A stretch of DNA of 64,000 nucleotides from Octopus sinensis (GCF_006345805.1 NC_042998.1:52700001-52764000), one strand, 5' to 3'; positions 13,442-26,461 are shown, counted from the stretch's first letter. Notes: generated from the letters alone by a model not told the origin. Program-made: numbers and translations.

Positions 13442-13939
13442 CAGTAATGCCTGATTCATTCCCTGAGATTGCTTATAAAGTCAAAACCTGAAAAGCAGAG
13501 CAATAATTTCCCATAGTAACAATGTTATAAAACAATTCATTCCTAGAAAAATATTTTACCTATAAAATTTATAATACACATAAATAAAAGGCAATAAAAC
13601 AACAATAGAAAGTAAAGAATATTTTATGTAAAGTAAAAAGAATGTCAAGATCATTTGTAATAAAAAGTACTATTATTATAACCGTTTTCTGAATCACTTT
13701 CACTTGTGGACCTTATCACCAATTCACAAGCACTTGTAGATGGACTCATAAATTTCTTTTTAAAAAACTTTTTAGAAACTTTTTTTCACTATCTATGAAT
13801 TTCTTGGTAACACGCAGAAGCATTTGTTATGTTAGTAGAAACTTTTTGCTTTGTTCAAAATTTGGATCTTGTGTTTGAAAAATTCAACTTGTAAACCGAG
13901 TGTCTCGTAAAGCAGGTCCTTAAAATTGAAGCATTACTG
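13442..13939 (+). mobile_element. pogo/Tigger-like non-autonomous DNA transposon
   Basis: TA|CAGTAATGC (13440-13450) and GCATTACTG|TA (13931-13941) are terminal inverted repeats with a TA target duplication. Confidence 0.75.
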
Positions 13940-14102
13940 TATTTTCATGTGTACGATGCAGTAGAAAATTATAAATATTTCATTGTCTAATACTAAGCAA
14001 ACAGATACAGTTCATCATGACTTCAATGAAAACTCTGACTTTACATAATGAATCAGTGAGAATACAGTCCATAAGTATCTGTCACCTCTGAGTTATTAAA
14101 CA

Positions 14103-14571
14103 CTAGCAGTTTTGCCCGGCGTTGCTCGGGTTTGTAAGGGAAATAACTATATAAGCATAGCCATTTCTGTTTTGGTGTCTTCAAGCCATTAAGTCGTTGT
14201 TCTAAAAGAACGCTGGTCTCCTTGACAACGCTTTACAACGTTGATTTCCTTACACTCCCTTCCCCACAGCTTCACGAGGGAGGGAAGAAGGGGGAGAAGC
14301 AACATAGGTGCAGGTGTGACCATGGACGCCAATTCCGCCGCCATCGACACACGAAAAAATATGCGTTAAAATGGAAAAAAATGATGTTAAATTATTTTTT
14401 AAATCGTAGACTCATCGTAGATGTGCGCTAATAGCCAGACGGGCTCGATATGAATCACGACTATAAGATACCCAAATTTGGTTAAACTGCACCGCAAAAT
14501 GTGGGAGTAGTTAGGAATCTAAATCGTAGGAGACAGACACTCACACAACTACAGTTTTATATATATATAGA
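14103..14571 (-). mobile_element. Non-autonomous Helitron (short family member)
   Basis: Minus strand reads a|TCtatatatataaaa...CCCGAGCAACGCCGGG (14115-14130)...CTAG|t. It shares the GTCTACGATGAGTCTACGATTT block and terminal ~60 bp with the 61.3-62.5 kb copy. Confidence 0.85.
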
Positions 14572-15040
14572 TTATCACCATCCATAAAAGAAATAATGTA
14601 AATGGGCTGATTCAAGAATCAAAGAAAGAATACAAACTTGGTTCATTAAAAGATTATCTCATCACCTATATGGAACACTAAAATACAGACCACACACAAA
14701 TCTGCTCTCACAGATGGATAATTTGTGATGCAATATGCATCACATTCTTCAGATTTATGGTTCTCAGAGTGCAGTAATTCTGAAAAAGTACTAACACCTG
14801 GTGAAGGCATCCTTTTGTCCTCCTAGCATGCAACAACATCTCTTGTGTTACTGGTATGATCAAATATATGTAGCATAAACTGTAAGATATACACACAAAA
14901 AAAAGTGTTAAGCAGTTTTCTCTACTACTGTTGAAACACATCTAACCCAAGCCAGTATGGAAATATAGACACAGAAAGATCACGATGATAAGGCTACTGC
15001 TGATGTTGATATATATATATATATACATATATATATATGT

Positions 15041-15430
15041 ATTCTTTTATTCTTTTACTTGTTTCAGCCATTTGACTGTGGTCATGCTAGGGCACCACCT
15101 TTAGTCAAGCAAATCGACCCCAGGACTTATTCTTTGTAAGCCTAGTACTTATTCTATCCTTCTCTTTTGCGGAACTGCTACATTACAGGGACGTAAACAC
15201 ACCAGCCTCGGTTGTCAAGCAATGTTGGGGGGACAAACACAGATACACAAACATACACACACATATATATATATATATCATGGGCTTCTTTCAGTTTCCA
15301 TCTACCAAATCCACTCACAAGGCTTTGGTATAGTAGAAAGCACTTGGCCAAAGTACCATGCAGGGAGACTGAACCCAGAACCATGTGGTTGGTAAGCAAG
15401 CTACTTACCACACAGCCACTACTGTGCCTA
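15041..15430 (-). mobile_element. SINE family A
   Basis: Full-length reverse copy. Confidence 0.9.
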
Positions 15431-15920
15431 TATGTGTGTGTGTGTGTGTGTGTGCGTATGAATATGGACCACCATTTGTCATGAATGATCATGGGATTGG
15501 ACCTAGAAAGTTACCCTCTTAGGCACAAGTCTGGACAAGGTTGTTTCTGGAAGACCAGCAGTGGCCTATGCATACCAGCCTCCCCTCCCATACCACCGAT
15601 ATTATCCAAGGGAAAAGCAAATGCCAATACAGCTTGGCACCAGAGACATCGCAGCTCACTTCTACAGCTTGCATTGTTTGCTCCTTTTGATGTACAGCAC
15701 TGGTTGTTCTAGGAGCTTCCGTTTAATTGTGTATGGTGTGCCCTTCTTTTTTAAATGCCCTTCATAGCTGGCCAGGTGTTTTTTAAGAATGGTATTTATT
15801 CTATTGTATCTTTTCATGAACTGCTAAGTTATGGGGATGTAAACACACCAACACTGGTTGTCGAGTGGTGGTGGGGGACAAACACTGATACAAAGACACA
15901 CACACACATATATATATGCC

Positions 15921-16407
15921 CATTCAAAGTACCTTGGATTCCAGAACATCCCGCTGTGCTTGAGGAGACCTATTGAGTCAAGTACATGAACATTGAACAT
16001 CGAAATAAATATCAATGGAAATAGTAGTGATACCTGTGCCGGTGGCACACAAAAAGCACCATCGGAACGTGGCCGATGCCAGTGCCGCCTCGACTGGCTT
16101 CTGTGCCGATGGTACATAAAAAGCACCATCCGAATGTGGCCGATGCCAGCTCCACCTTGACTGGCTTCCGTGCCGGTGGCATGTTAAAAGCACCAACTGA
16201 TCGTGGCCGATACCAGACTCCCCTGGCATGTAAAAAGCACCCACTACACTTGTGGAGTGGTTGGCGTTAGGAAGGGCATCCAGCTGTAGAAACACTGCCA
16301 GATCAGACTGGAGCCTGGTGCAGTCCCTGGCTTCCCAGACCCCGGTCGAACCGTCCAACTCGTGCTAGCACAGAAAACGGACGTTAAACGATGATGATGA
16401 TGATGAT
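15921..16407 (+). mobile_element. RTE-tail retroposon (GTGGTTGGCGTTAGGAAGGGCATCC...AAACG(ATG)n)
   Basis: 3' motif typical of RTE-dependent elements, with internal GTGCCGGTGGCAC/AAAAAGCACC subrepeats; nested in a SINE A. Confidence 0.8.
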
Positions 16408-16907
16408 GGACTTCTTATAGTTTCTCACTATCAAATCTACCCGTGATGCTACACAGTAAGACTGAACCTGGAACCATGTGGTTGGGAAGCAAGTTTCTTA
16501 CCACTCAGCCACGCCTGCACACACACACACACACAAATTTTATATTACATAAGTCCTACATCATTTATTGTGTACCATTTGCCACTGCAGTTTAGAAATG
16601 GAAACATTGTGTGTGTGTGTATGTGTGTGTGTGCGTGTGATTTTTTTTCCTGCACTCATCGGATGCTTTATATTTAAATGAGTTTTGCTCTATATTTGAA
16701 TGTATTAAATCCTTTTTCCTGTGAATGGCCTTCTTATTTTCTTGATTAAAAATCCATTCACAGACATACACACACGTAAATTTTTTAATGAATGGTATTA
16801 CCACCTCAACTGTCAAATACACTAAAGACATCTCAGAAATTTGCTGTAGTAATTTGGCTTCAGTATATTACTGCTGCTGCTGCTTGTTTGTTTGTTTGTT
16901 TGTTGAG

Positions 16908-17279
16908 TGAAGCAGTCTTCATCCCAGAGCTCGCAAGATCGCGCCTCTGTAGAGGGAGAAGTCCGAAACGTTGTCCTTTGCTATTCGTAAGACCCGCAGA
17001 AGAGAAAGCAGGTCAACCCCCATAACCGAGAGCATCGACGGATAGATGAATGCGCATCCAGGCTCAGCGGTTGCGTAGGAAGTCGGGGACAAGAAACAGG
17101 AAGAAAGAATGAGAGAAAGTTGGAGCGAAAGGGGGTCGCCACCACCCCCTGCTGGAGCCTCGTGGAGCTTTAGATGTTTTCGCTCAATAAACACACACAA
17201 CACCCAGTCTGGGAATCGAAACCGCGATCCTCCAGTCGCGAGTCCGCTGCCCTAACCACTGGGTCATTGTGCCTCCTGC
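16908..17279 (-). mobile_element. CpG-rich tRNA-derived SINE (family E)
   Basis: Minus-strand head GGAGGCACAATGACCCAGTGGTTAGGGCAGCGGACTCGCG...GGTTTCGATTCCCAG carries A- and B-box-like motifs. Confidence 0.8.
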
Positions 17280-17347
17280 CGCTGCTGCTTCATCATGATC
17301 ATTATTATTATTACTATTATTATTATTATTATTATTATTATTATCAT

Positions 17348-17900
17348 GAGTGAGAGGGTAGTGCATGCCATCAAAGTGACACTGGGGTAAAATATATGAA
17401 GCCCAGTATACCCATCATGAGTACCCGTCTGATAAGGGTACACTAGGCACATGCATCACAACCATATGTGCGTGACATAGTGATCTCATATCAAGATAAA
17501 TAGTACATGGCCTTGCAGGTGGGGCCCAGTTAGAATTTTCTTCTGGTCGAGTAAACCATCCCGCTCAAAAGTTCCCTGAATAAGGGTTGTTTAAGGATGT
17601 TGAACAAAACACCCATGTTTCCAGAGGTGAATTATTCAAACCTCAAAGAATCCCTCTCGACACATGGCTATGATACTCCTCCACTACTTCTGCTCGTGAT
17701 CAGAGATGCACATATCGTCAGCCACAAAGGGACATGCCCAACTGGTTAAGGTCAAACAACTGACAAGCAAACCTGTGGTATTGAGCAGAATATTTGCTGT
17801 AGCCCATCTTTTATACCAAGACAAAACAACGTACATGATAACAATTCCAATCAGTTAAGATCAGCAGCTATGAGAGCCACTGCCTGGTACTGCATTGGGG
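17348..17900 (-). mobile_element. Interspersed repeat family D (probable retroposon 3' region with (AAT)n tail)
   Basis: Copies at 6292-6665 (opposite strand), 18936-19080 and 19760-19912; the end abuts (AAT)n. Confidence 0.7.
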
Positions 17901-18702
17901 CAATGTTTATGTTGTTATTATTATTATTATTTAGTGTCTGTTTCCCATGCAAGAATAGGTTGGACAGTTTCACTGGAGCTGGTAAGCCAGAGAGCTGCAC
18001 CAGGTTCCAGTCACTATCAGTTGATACTAATAAGTTAAATATTACCTAGGTCAAGAGCTGTCCAAAAACCAATCTCAGTTTGTCTAAGTTTACCTATCCA
18101 AATCTTCATTTTGATTCCCATTCAAGAATTAAATGAACAGAATTAACAGAGAAAATAGAAACATTATCTGAGGCTACATATGGTAGGACTGCATTTAAGT
18201 TCAACGAGGCCCTTGCTTGTTGTTCTGATGAGAAGTTATACAGCAGACATTCACTAACAATTAAAACAATAGGCCAATTAACAAATTAATTATTGTAGCT
18301 GATGGATTTCTGAGATGGGAAAATATTTAAAAAATTAAAATCGTATAAAAATACAAATGATATTCTGTACTACAGTGATTTTCTTTTCTGTCTTTAATAA
18401 ACATTAATTTGTTTTTGTTTTTTATTTCTAATATGGTATTTGAAATTGTTTGAATTAAGATATTTATAAATAGATTTTTAATTATAAGAAATTAGACAAC
18501 AAAATTCAATATTGGAATTGTTGTTAACTTCAGAGGATGTGATGTATAATAATGAACTCTACTATTTGGGGAATGTATCTTAGGCATTTACAAGTAGTAA
18601 TTTTTTTTTTTATTCAGCACTATAATATCATTAGATGTAGATGAAGAACAATCAAACAATGGAATCTCTTGGTGATTGCTTGACCTGTTAAAAACAGTAT
18701 TC

Positions 18703-19270
18703 TTTGATTCTTTTATTTGTTTCAGTCATTTGACTGCAGCCATGCTGGAGCACCACCTTTAGTCGAGCAAATCGACCCAGGACTTATTCTTTGTAAGTCT
18801 AGTACTTATTCTATCGGTCTCTTTTGCCGAACCACTAAGTTACGGGGACATAAACACACCAGCATCGGTTGGGGGGACAAACACAGACACACAAACATAT
18901 ACACATACATATACACATACATATATATATATATAAAGAATCCCTCTCGACACATGGCTATGATACTCCTCCACTACTTCTGCTTGGGATCAGAGATGCA
19001 CATATCATCAGCCACTAAAGGACATACTCAACTGGTTAAGGTCAAACAATTGACAAGCAAATCTGTGGCATTGAGCAGAATATATATATATATATACATA
19101 TATACGACAGGCTTCTTTCAGTATCCATCTACCAAATCCACTCACAAGGCTTTGGTTGGCCCAAGGCTATAGTAGAAGACACTTGCCCAAGTTGCCACAC
19201 AGTGGGACTGAACCCGCAACCATGTGGTTCATAAGCAAGCTACTTACCACACAGCCACTCCTACACCTAT
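18703..19270 (-). mobile_element. SINE family A interrupted by a family D fragment
   Basis: 3' half 18703-18900, insert 18936-19080, 5' half 19105-19270. Confidence 0.85.
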
Positions 19271-19309
19271 AAACTTTTTTTTGCAAATGACACTGTACTG
19301 TCTTCATAC

Positions 19310-19467
19310 AGAGTTCAAATCCTGCTGAGGTCAACTCTGCCTTTCATCCTTCCAGAATCAATGAAATAAGTACCAGCCAAGTACTGGGTTTGATGTAATA
19401 TATTAGCCCCTCCCCTAAAATTTCAGGCCTTATACTTATAGTAAAAAGGATTATTATTATTATTATA

Positions 19468-19518
<51 letters not shown>

Positions 19519-19730
19519 GGCAAGCTGGCAGGATCATTTGCATGTTGGACAAAATACTTAGTACCATTTCTTCCAACACAATATGTTCTCAGTTCAAATC
19601 CTGCTGAGTTCAACTTTGTCTTTTCTCCTTCTGAAGTTGATAAAGAAGTACCAGTTGAATACTGGGGTCAATGGAATCAACCTATTCTGCTCCTAAAATT
19701 GCTGGTCTTGAACCAACTTTTGAAACTATT
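19310..19730 (+). mobile_element. Two chained SINE family B copies
   Basis: Copies at 19310-19449 and 19519-19730 separated by (ATT)n. Confidence 0.8.
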
Positions 19731-21739
19731 CTTCTTCTTACTATTATCACTATTTAGGAAGAGAGCAGTGCATACCATCAAAGTGATACTTGGGTACAAT
19801 TATATGAAGCCTAGTATACCCATCATGACAACCTGTCTGATAAGCATACACCAGGCACATGCATCACAAGCATATATGCATGGCAAGGTGATCTTATATC
19901 AAGATAAACAGCACCCACTACACTCTCAGAGTGGTTGGCGTTAGTAAGGGCATCCACTTGTAGAAAGAAACTCTACCAGATCAGATTGGAGTCTGGTGCA
20001 GCCATCTGGTTCACCAGTCCTCAGTCAAATCGTCCAACCCATGCTAGTTTGGAAAGTGGACATTAAACAATGGTGATGATGATGATGATGCACATTGCAG
20101 TTTATTCTTCTCTTCCATTTTACGAATTCAGTGTGCACATGTGCATTGTGTGTCCATTCTTCTTTTCCCGGTTCCTACTCAAAACTATTTACTGATCACA
20201 GCCATCTCATGAACTGCATTCGTGAGGAACACTTCTTGCTCCGATGGTTGTGAGAAAAGTATTGGTCATGAAAAAAGGCTCTGTGTCCAGTCAGCAATGC
20301 CAAATTGTCAGCCTTCAAACAGCTGTGCACAGTTTCTCTCCATATATTGAAACGTTTGTTGTGATGACACTGTTGGCATTTTCGTCATGTCTTAATTCAT
20401 TTTATTTACTTTTTAAGTATTTTTCTGCTCTGATTTCTATTCCAAACATCAAGCAACGAGAAGGAACATCAGTAGATTTGAAGAGGTGGTGTATAAGAAG
20501 ACAAAATTCTTTGAAGTATTTAATTATGTCTGTCAGCAGTGAGCTAGACTTGATTTTGTTCTGTCCTTATCTCTTTTGCTTATCCTTCAAGGTTTGATGG
20601 AACAAGTACCAGTCATACACTGAAGTATGTATAATTAAATATATTGCTCCCACAACATGTAAGATCTTGCAGAGCGGTTTCCAAAAAAACACATTTATTT
20701 ATCTTTTTATTTGATATATTTGGCAGCATCTGTTTGTATTTGCTTCGTTTTCTTTTATTTTTATGTTGGAAGTTTTCTTCAGACATTTTTATAAGTTTCA
20801 TCATCATCATCATAATCGTCGTTGTCGTCGTCATTATCATCATCAGATCATTTACTGCACTTGAAAGCAAGTTTGTTCATATGAACATTGGTCTACAACT
20901 TGCCACTCACAATTCTCACTAATTAAACAGCTCCATAAATAGACTGCAGAAAATCTTACATCTTAATTTGTCACATGCACATGTGTACACAAACACATGC
21001 ATACATGTGTGAGTGTATAAAGATATAAGTTTGTGCTTTAGTGATATGTATATATAAAATTCTTCATGCAGATATACAAATGAGATATAGTGATGTAAGT
21101 ATATTGAGATAAATACAAACATTCAAACATACATATATACACACACACACACACACACATACATACATACACCCCCCCCACACACCATACATATACTCAT
21201 ACATACATACATACATACATATACACATACATACATACATATACACATACATACATACATACAAACATACATACATGTATACATACAAATGCGTGTGTGT
21301 GAATGTATACACATATACATGTATATTCATATATACATACACACATTCCCTGATTAGAGATATGCACATTCTTACATGTGGTTAAAACATACATGCACAC
21401 ACAGGAATAAAAATAGGCATCTTACAGTCACCTGCTGCCTCATATTACAAACAGCTATAACAACAACCACATTGTAATATCTAGATACAATGGCATCATC
21501 ATCTTCATCATCATCACCATCCTCATCAACGTTCATCTACATCATCATTTGGACGTAACAGCAGCTAAAGCATTTGCATCAAGAATAATTTCTGCATGTC
21601 TTACAAGAAATAAATAGTGGGAGGAAAACTATACCTGAATATGTGAACACCTAGCAGTGTTCCTCTTCTAATCAAATGCCACGGCAAATAATTGGAGAGA
21701 AGTGTGAAGTATGTACATACTTATTAATATACTAGCACT

Positions 21740-22062
21740 TTCTGTTGGTTACGTTGGTGAGGTTCCAGTTGATCTGATAAACAGAACAGCCTGCTCATGA
21801 GATTAACCTGCAGGTGACTGAGCACTCCACGGGCACATGTACCCTTAATGCAGTTCTCAGAGTGATTCAGTGTGACACAGAATGTGACAAAGCTGGCCCT
21901 TTGAAATACAGGTATTACTCATTTTTACCAGGTAAGTGGACTAGAGCAATGTGAAATAAAGTGTCTTGCTCAAGGACACAACACACAACCTAGTCCAGGA
22001 ATCAAACTCACTACCTCATGATTGTCAGCCCACCACTCTAACCACTGGGCCATGCACCTTCA
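21740..22062 (-). mobile_element. SINE family C, tail type 2
   Basis: Same head and core; tail TATTTCAAAGGGCCAGC..TGTCACA is shared with 51901-52095. Confidence 0.8.
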
Positions 22063-22143
22063 CATATATGGATGTATATACACAAATGTATGTATATATA
22101 TGTACACAAGTATATATATATATATATACATACACACACATAC

Positions 22144-22225
<82 letters not shown>

Positions 22226-22235
22226 GCACACGCAT
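22060..22235. repeat. (TA)n/(CA)n microsatellite
   Basis: Long TA run; comparable tracts at ~21120-21345, 45365-45500, 58320-58575 and 61190-61265. Confidence 0.95.
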
Positions 22236-22237
22236 AT

Positions 22238-22414
22238 CATCATCATCGTTTAACGTCCGTTTTCCATGCTAGCATGGGTTGGATGGTTTGACTGAGGGCT
22301 GGCAACCAGATGGCTGCACCAGGCTCCAGTCTTGATCTGGCAGAGTTTCTACAGCTTGATGCCCTTCCTAACGCCAACCACTCCGAGAGTGTAGTGGGTG
22401 CTTTTTACGTGCCA
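22238..22414 (-). mobile_element. RTE-tail retroposon
   Basis: Same 3' sequence. Further copies at 7631-7760, 19912-20090, 42095-42380, 47140-47375 and 54646-54900. Confidence 0.85.
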
Positions 22415-22589
22415 ATATATATATATATATATGTATGTATGATTATATATGTATATATATCTACATATATACAGTTTGACCACCTCCTATATCTACACCT
22501 TAGAACCATCATGGCATAATATGTGGCTTTTTAAAGCAATGTTTTGAAAAGACACCCACATAGATTACATATCCAATTTGAACCACCAA

Positions 22590-23030
22590 GAGCTACAGAT
22601 AAGTTCAAGCACAAGGTCCAAATTTTGAATGGAGTGTAAACGTTTCTATTACCATAACAAATGCTTGTGCATGTTACTGAAAAATTTCCAGAGAGTGAAA
22701 AAAGGCTTCTTCAAAGCAAACAACTCTAGACTTATTTTTTAAAAAGAAATTTATGAGTCTATCTACAAGTGCTTGTGAATCGGTGATAAGGTCCACAAGT
22801 TATAGTGCAAGTGAAAGTGATTCAGAAAATGTTTATAATAATATTTTTTATTACAAATGATCTTGACATTCTTTTTACTTTACATAAAATATTCTTTACA
22901 TTCTACTATTGTTTTATTGCCTTTTATTTATGTGTATTATAAATTTTATAGGTAAAATATTTTCCTGGGAACAAATATTACACTTTATAACATTGCTTCT
23001 ATGGGAAATTATTGCACCAGGAAAAAATTA
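22590..23030 (-). mobile_element. Second, inverted, partial copy of the 13442-13939 element
   Basis: Reverse complement aligns by eye with ~13490-13900, e.g. AAGAAATTTATGAGTC..TCTACAAGTGCTTGTGAAT.GGTGATAAGGTCCACAAGT. Confidence 0.85.
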
Positions 23031-23052
23031 ACTTGTCTATAGAGGCATTATC

Positions 23053-23084
<32 letters not shown>

Positions 23085-23716
23085 ATACATATAATTAATC
23101 AATATATATATATGTATATATACTGATCAATATATTAATCAATATATATATATACACATACCCACATATAGATGCATTTGAATACATATGTATATATATA
23201 TATGTACATATATACATACATACACACACATACATTTATATATACTCTTTACTCTTTTACTCGTTCCAGTCATTTGACTGTGGCCATGCTGGAGCACCGC
23301 CTTTAGTCGAGCAACTCGACCCCAGGACTTATTCTTTTTGTAAGCCCAGTACTTATTCTATGTAAGCCCAGTAAACTCTTTTGCAAGCCCTGTACTTATT
23401 CTATGTATGTATATACATACATACATACATACATACACATGCAAAGATACACACATGTACATCCATCCATACATACATGTACGTGTGTGCATGTGTGTGC
23501 CATGTACATGTTATGTTTACTTCAGTAGTTTAGAGGTCAATGACTCCCATGGTCATTATTCACATAGGAGACATGCAAGCACGTGTCTTTTCTTTAGATT
23601 GCCTGATTCACACATGTACATAAAGATACAGACACACATACATGTCTGTACATGCATGTGCATCTGCATGTGTCTTTGCCTGTGTATGTAAATCTGTATG
23701 TATGTCTGTACGCGTG

Positions 23717-23781
<65 letters not shown>

Positions 23782-24051
23782 GTGCTAAATGTTTTTATAT
23801 GTTTCAGCAGAATTGTAAGTGTAAGTGTGTCAACATGTTTTATATTTTAACGAAATGAAAGACAGATTTCAAATACCTCTATGTGGCTTTTGTTGGATCG
23901 TGTAGGCACACACACACACACACACGCGTGCATGCACACAAATGCATGCACAACATGCATGTGTATGTGTATGTTCTGTGACTATAGCAGAGTAAAATTC
24001 AATGTGTGTGTGTGTGTGATAAACACAAATACACACCTTATATATGTACAT

Positions 24052-24842
24052 ATCATCATCATCATCCTCATCGTTTAACGTCCGATTTCCGTGCTAGCAT
24101 GGGTTGGACGATTTGACTGAGGACTGGCGAAGCAGATGGCTGCACCAGGCTCCAATCTTGATCTGGCAGAGTTTCTACAGCTGCATGCCTGTCCTAACTC
24201 CAACCACTCCGAGAGTGTAGTGGGTGTTATTACGTGCCACCGGCACGAGGGCCAGTCAGGTGGTACTGGCAACGGTCACGAAAAATTGTGTTTTTTTACG
24301 TGCCACCTGCACATCGGCACAAGTGCCAGTAAGGCGACGCTGGTAACGATCACGCTTGAATGGTGCTTTTTACGTGCCACCGGCATGAATGCCAGTTAGC
24401 TGCTCTGGCAATGATCGGCGGCGAGCTGGCAGAAACGTTAGCATGCTGGGTGAAATGCTTAGCGGTATTTCGTCTGTCTTTACGTTCTGAGTTCAAATTC
24501 CGCCGAGGTCAACCTTGCCTTTCATCCTTTTGGAGTCAATAAATTGAGTACCAGCTGCGTACTGGGGTTGATCTAATTGATATATGTCATCATCATCATC
24601 ATCGTTTAACGTCCGTTCTCCATGCTAGCATGGGCTGGACGGTTCGACCGGGGATCTGGGAAGCCAGAAGGCTGCACCAGGCTCCAGTCTTATCTGGCAA
24701 TGTTTCTACAGCTGGATGCCCTTCCTAACGCCAACCACTCCGTGAGTGTAGTAGGTGCTTTTTACGTGCCACCTGCACTGGTGTCAGGCGAGGCTGGCAT
24801 CGGCCACGGTCGGGTTGGTGCATTTTACGTGCCACCTGCACG
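24052..24842 (-). mobile_element. Two RTE-tail retroposon copies (24052-24410, 24586-24842) flanking a SINE B
   Basis: (CAT)n-CGTTTAACGTCCG..GCTAGCATGGG..GCC..TCCTAAC.CCAACCAC. Confidence 0.85.
24417..24580 (+). mobile_element. SINE family B
   Basis: Near-consensus head and central domain. Confidence 0.9.
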
Positions 24843-24897
24843 ATATATATATATATGTATGTATGTATGTGTGTGTGTGTGTATAAATAGATGAGTG

Positions 24898-25420
24898 TAT
24901 TTTTACCTTGTTAACAATTAACACGGAAAAAATAAATAAATAGTTACCAGGGTAGCAAAAATCTCACAAGTTAAGTTGTTGTAACTCCTTGTTTATAAAG
25001 GTAGAAACTTCGTGCTTACGTGGAATATTTTGAATAATATATGAATAAATAAATGGAGTTTAACGCAGGTGTAAATCAAATATTTTTACTTTCGACACAT
25101 GTTTCGAAAATTCCACTGATACTATTCAAAAGAATAAATGGTATAAACAATGCAATCTTCTCTTCGGTAAAGTGAAAAAAACGAAACTCGTCAATAAGAC
25201 ATTTTAGCAAAAAATGATGGATTTGTATAGCGATTGACAGAACGCTATTCATATTGTTTTAAAAAAACGTTATATGATATAACGTCATAAGTAGCTAACA
25301 GAAAGAGTAGGGATATCAATAGTGAATGTTAAATATAAAGGAAATTAAAGTTTAAATTATATATAATGATAGAGACTACTTATATGCACTAAATGTGTCG
25401 AAAGTAAAAATATTTATTCA
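24898..25420 (-). mobile_element. Probable PLE-related non-autonomous element with a 23-bp internal inverted repeat
   Basis: Contains the minus-strand hammerhead-like motif; 25078-25100 and 25393-25415 are exact reverse complements. Confidence 0.45.
25083..25181 (-). ncRNA. Type I hammerhead-ribozyme-like motif (U4C core variant)
   Basis: Minus strand: ACTTTA-CCGAAGA-GAAGATT...AATTTTC-GAAAC-ATGT-GTC-GAAAGT. Helix II can be extended, helix III is short and overlaps the palindrome ACATGT, and the cleavage triplet is GUC. Helix I has a G.A mismatch at the first pair. Confidence 0.55.
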
Positions 25421-25444
25421 TATATATGTATATATATATATATA

Positions 25445-26115
25445 TATTCACCATTCTTCATGGTCTCCTCGCACCATTCCCCTTCTTCTCTCTCTTCCTC
25501 TTGCTCCTCCTCCCCCATTCCCGTCGTCCATCTGCGACGATACTTCCGTCGTAACTGCTATCCTGTCTTTTCTCGCCCGCCTTCTAAGGCTACTGGTCGA
25601 CATTTTTTCTCTCTCGTCGTCCACTTTAATCCAGCGTTTGCAATACTTTTTTCGTCTGGCGTTAACAGCCCTTCTTATCTTGTTCTCCTTGTCCTGTCTC
25701 TCACTGTTATATATTTATTTTTCCACTGTTTATATATATATTTTTTACTGCTTATATGTTTGTACTGTGGTTACCGTCTTGCTTTTTTTTTACCCCTCTG
25801 CGAAAAGATCTCAGAATTTTAATTGATTTGCTTTTCGTAGGAAGGAAGTTTTCTTCGAAGTATACGTCTCGCTTTTATCCTTCGAAACGTTTAGTAGATG
25901 AAACCTTAGCGACTGAAGAAGGGGATTTTTCGTTGTGCTTATTGTCCTGTATCTCTTTTTTTGCTTGTCTTGTTCCTTGGTTTGTGTCTATGTTTTTCGT
26001 CTCTCTATGTGTTCGACGTCTTTTTGGTGTCCTGTACACATATATGCGTGTATATGTACATGTAGAGGTAGGTACGTACATATATGTTTATATATATGCA
26101 TATGTTCTATTTTAT
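25445..26115. repeat. CpG-rich young interspersed repeat of unknown class, between (TA)n tracts
   Basis: Abrupt CpG- and pyrimidine-rich block; contains TCGAAACGTT and CTGAAGAAGGGG, suggestive of PLE ends. Confidence 0.4.
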
Positions 26116-26124
26116 TAACATATA

Positions 26125-26176
<52 letters not shown>

Positions 26177-26448
26177 AACTACCACCTGTGTCATCTCTTG
26201 TGAAAGGTAGGAGAGTCCAGTTTGCTGGACATTGTTGTAGAGCTGAAAAAGAAGTAATTTCTACTCTTCTCCTCTGGAATCCCTTTACTCGCAATACCAG
26301 AGGGCGCACACTCTCCTATCCTGATGTAATCTCCAGGGATACAGGCATCCAGCAACAGGACCTCCATAATGCCATGATGGACCGTGAAGTCTGGCGTAGC
26401 ATGGTAAATTCCATTGTCTCGACCACGGTCGAACAATGATGATGATGA
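26177..26448 (+). mobile_element. 5'-truncated RTE-clade LINE 3' end
   Basis: Uninterrupted LPPVSSLVKGRRVQFAGHCCRAEKEVIS...LSYPDVISRDTG...AMMDREVWRSMV followed by a (TGA)n tail, inserted at (TA)n. Confidence 0.85.
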
Positions 26449-26461
26449 TATATATATATGT

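Noticed and set aside
25835-25930. Hammerhead-like pieces (CCTTCGAAACGTT and CTGAAGAAGGGG)
   Set aside because: The core and helices cannot be assembled into a valid type I, II or III fold in this copy.
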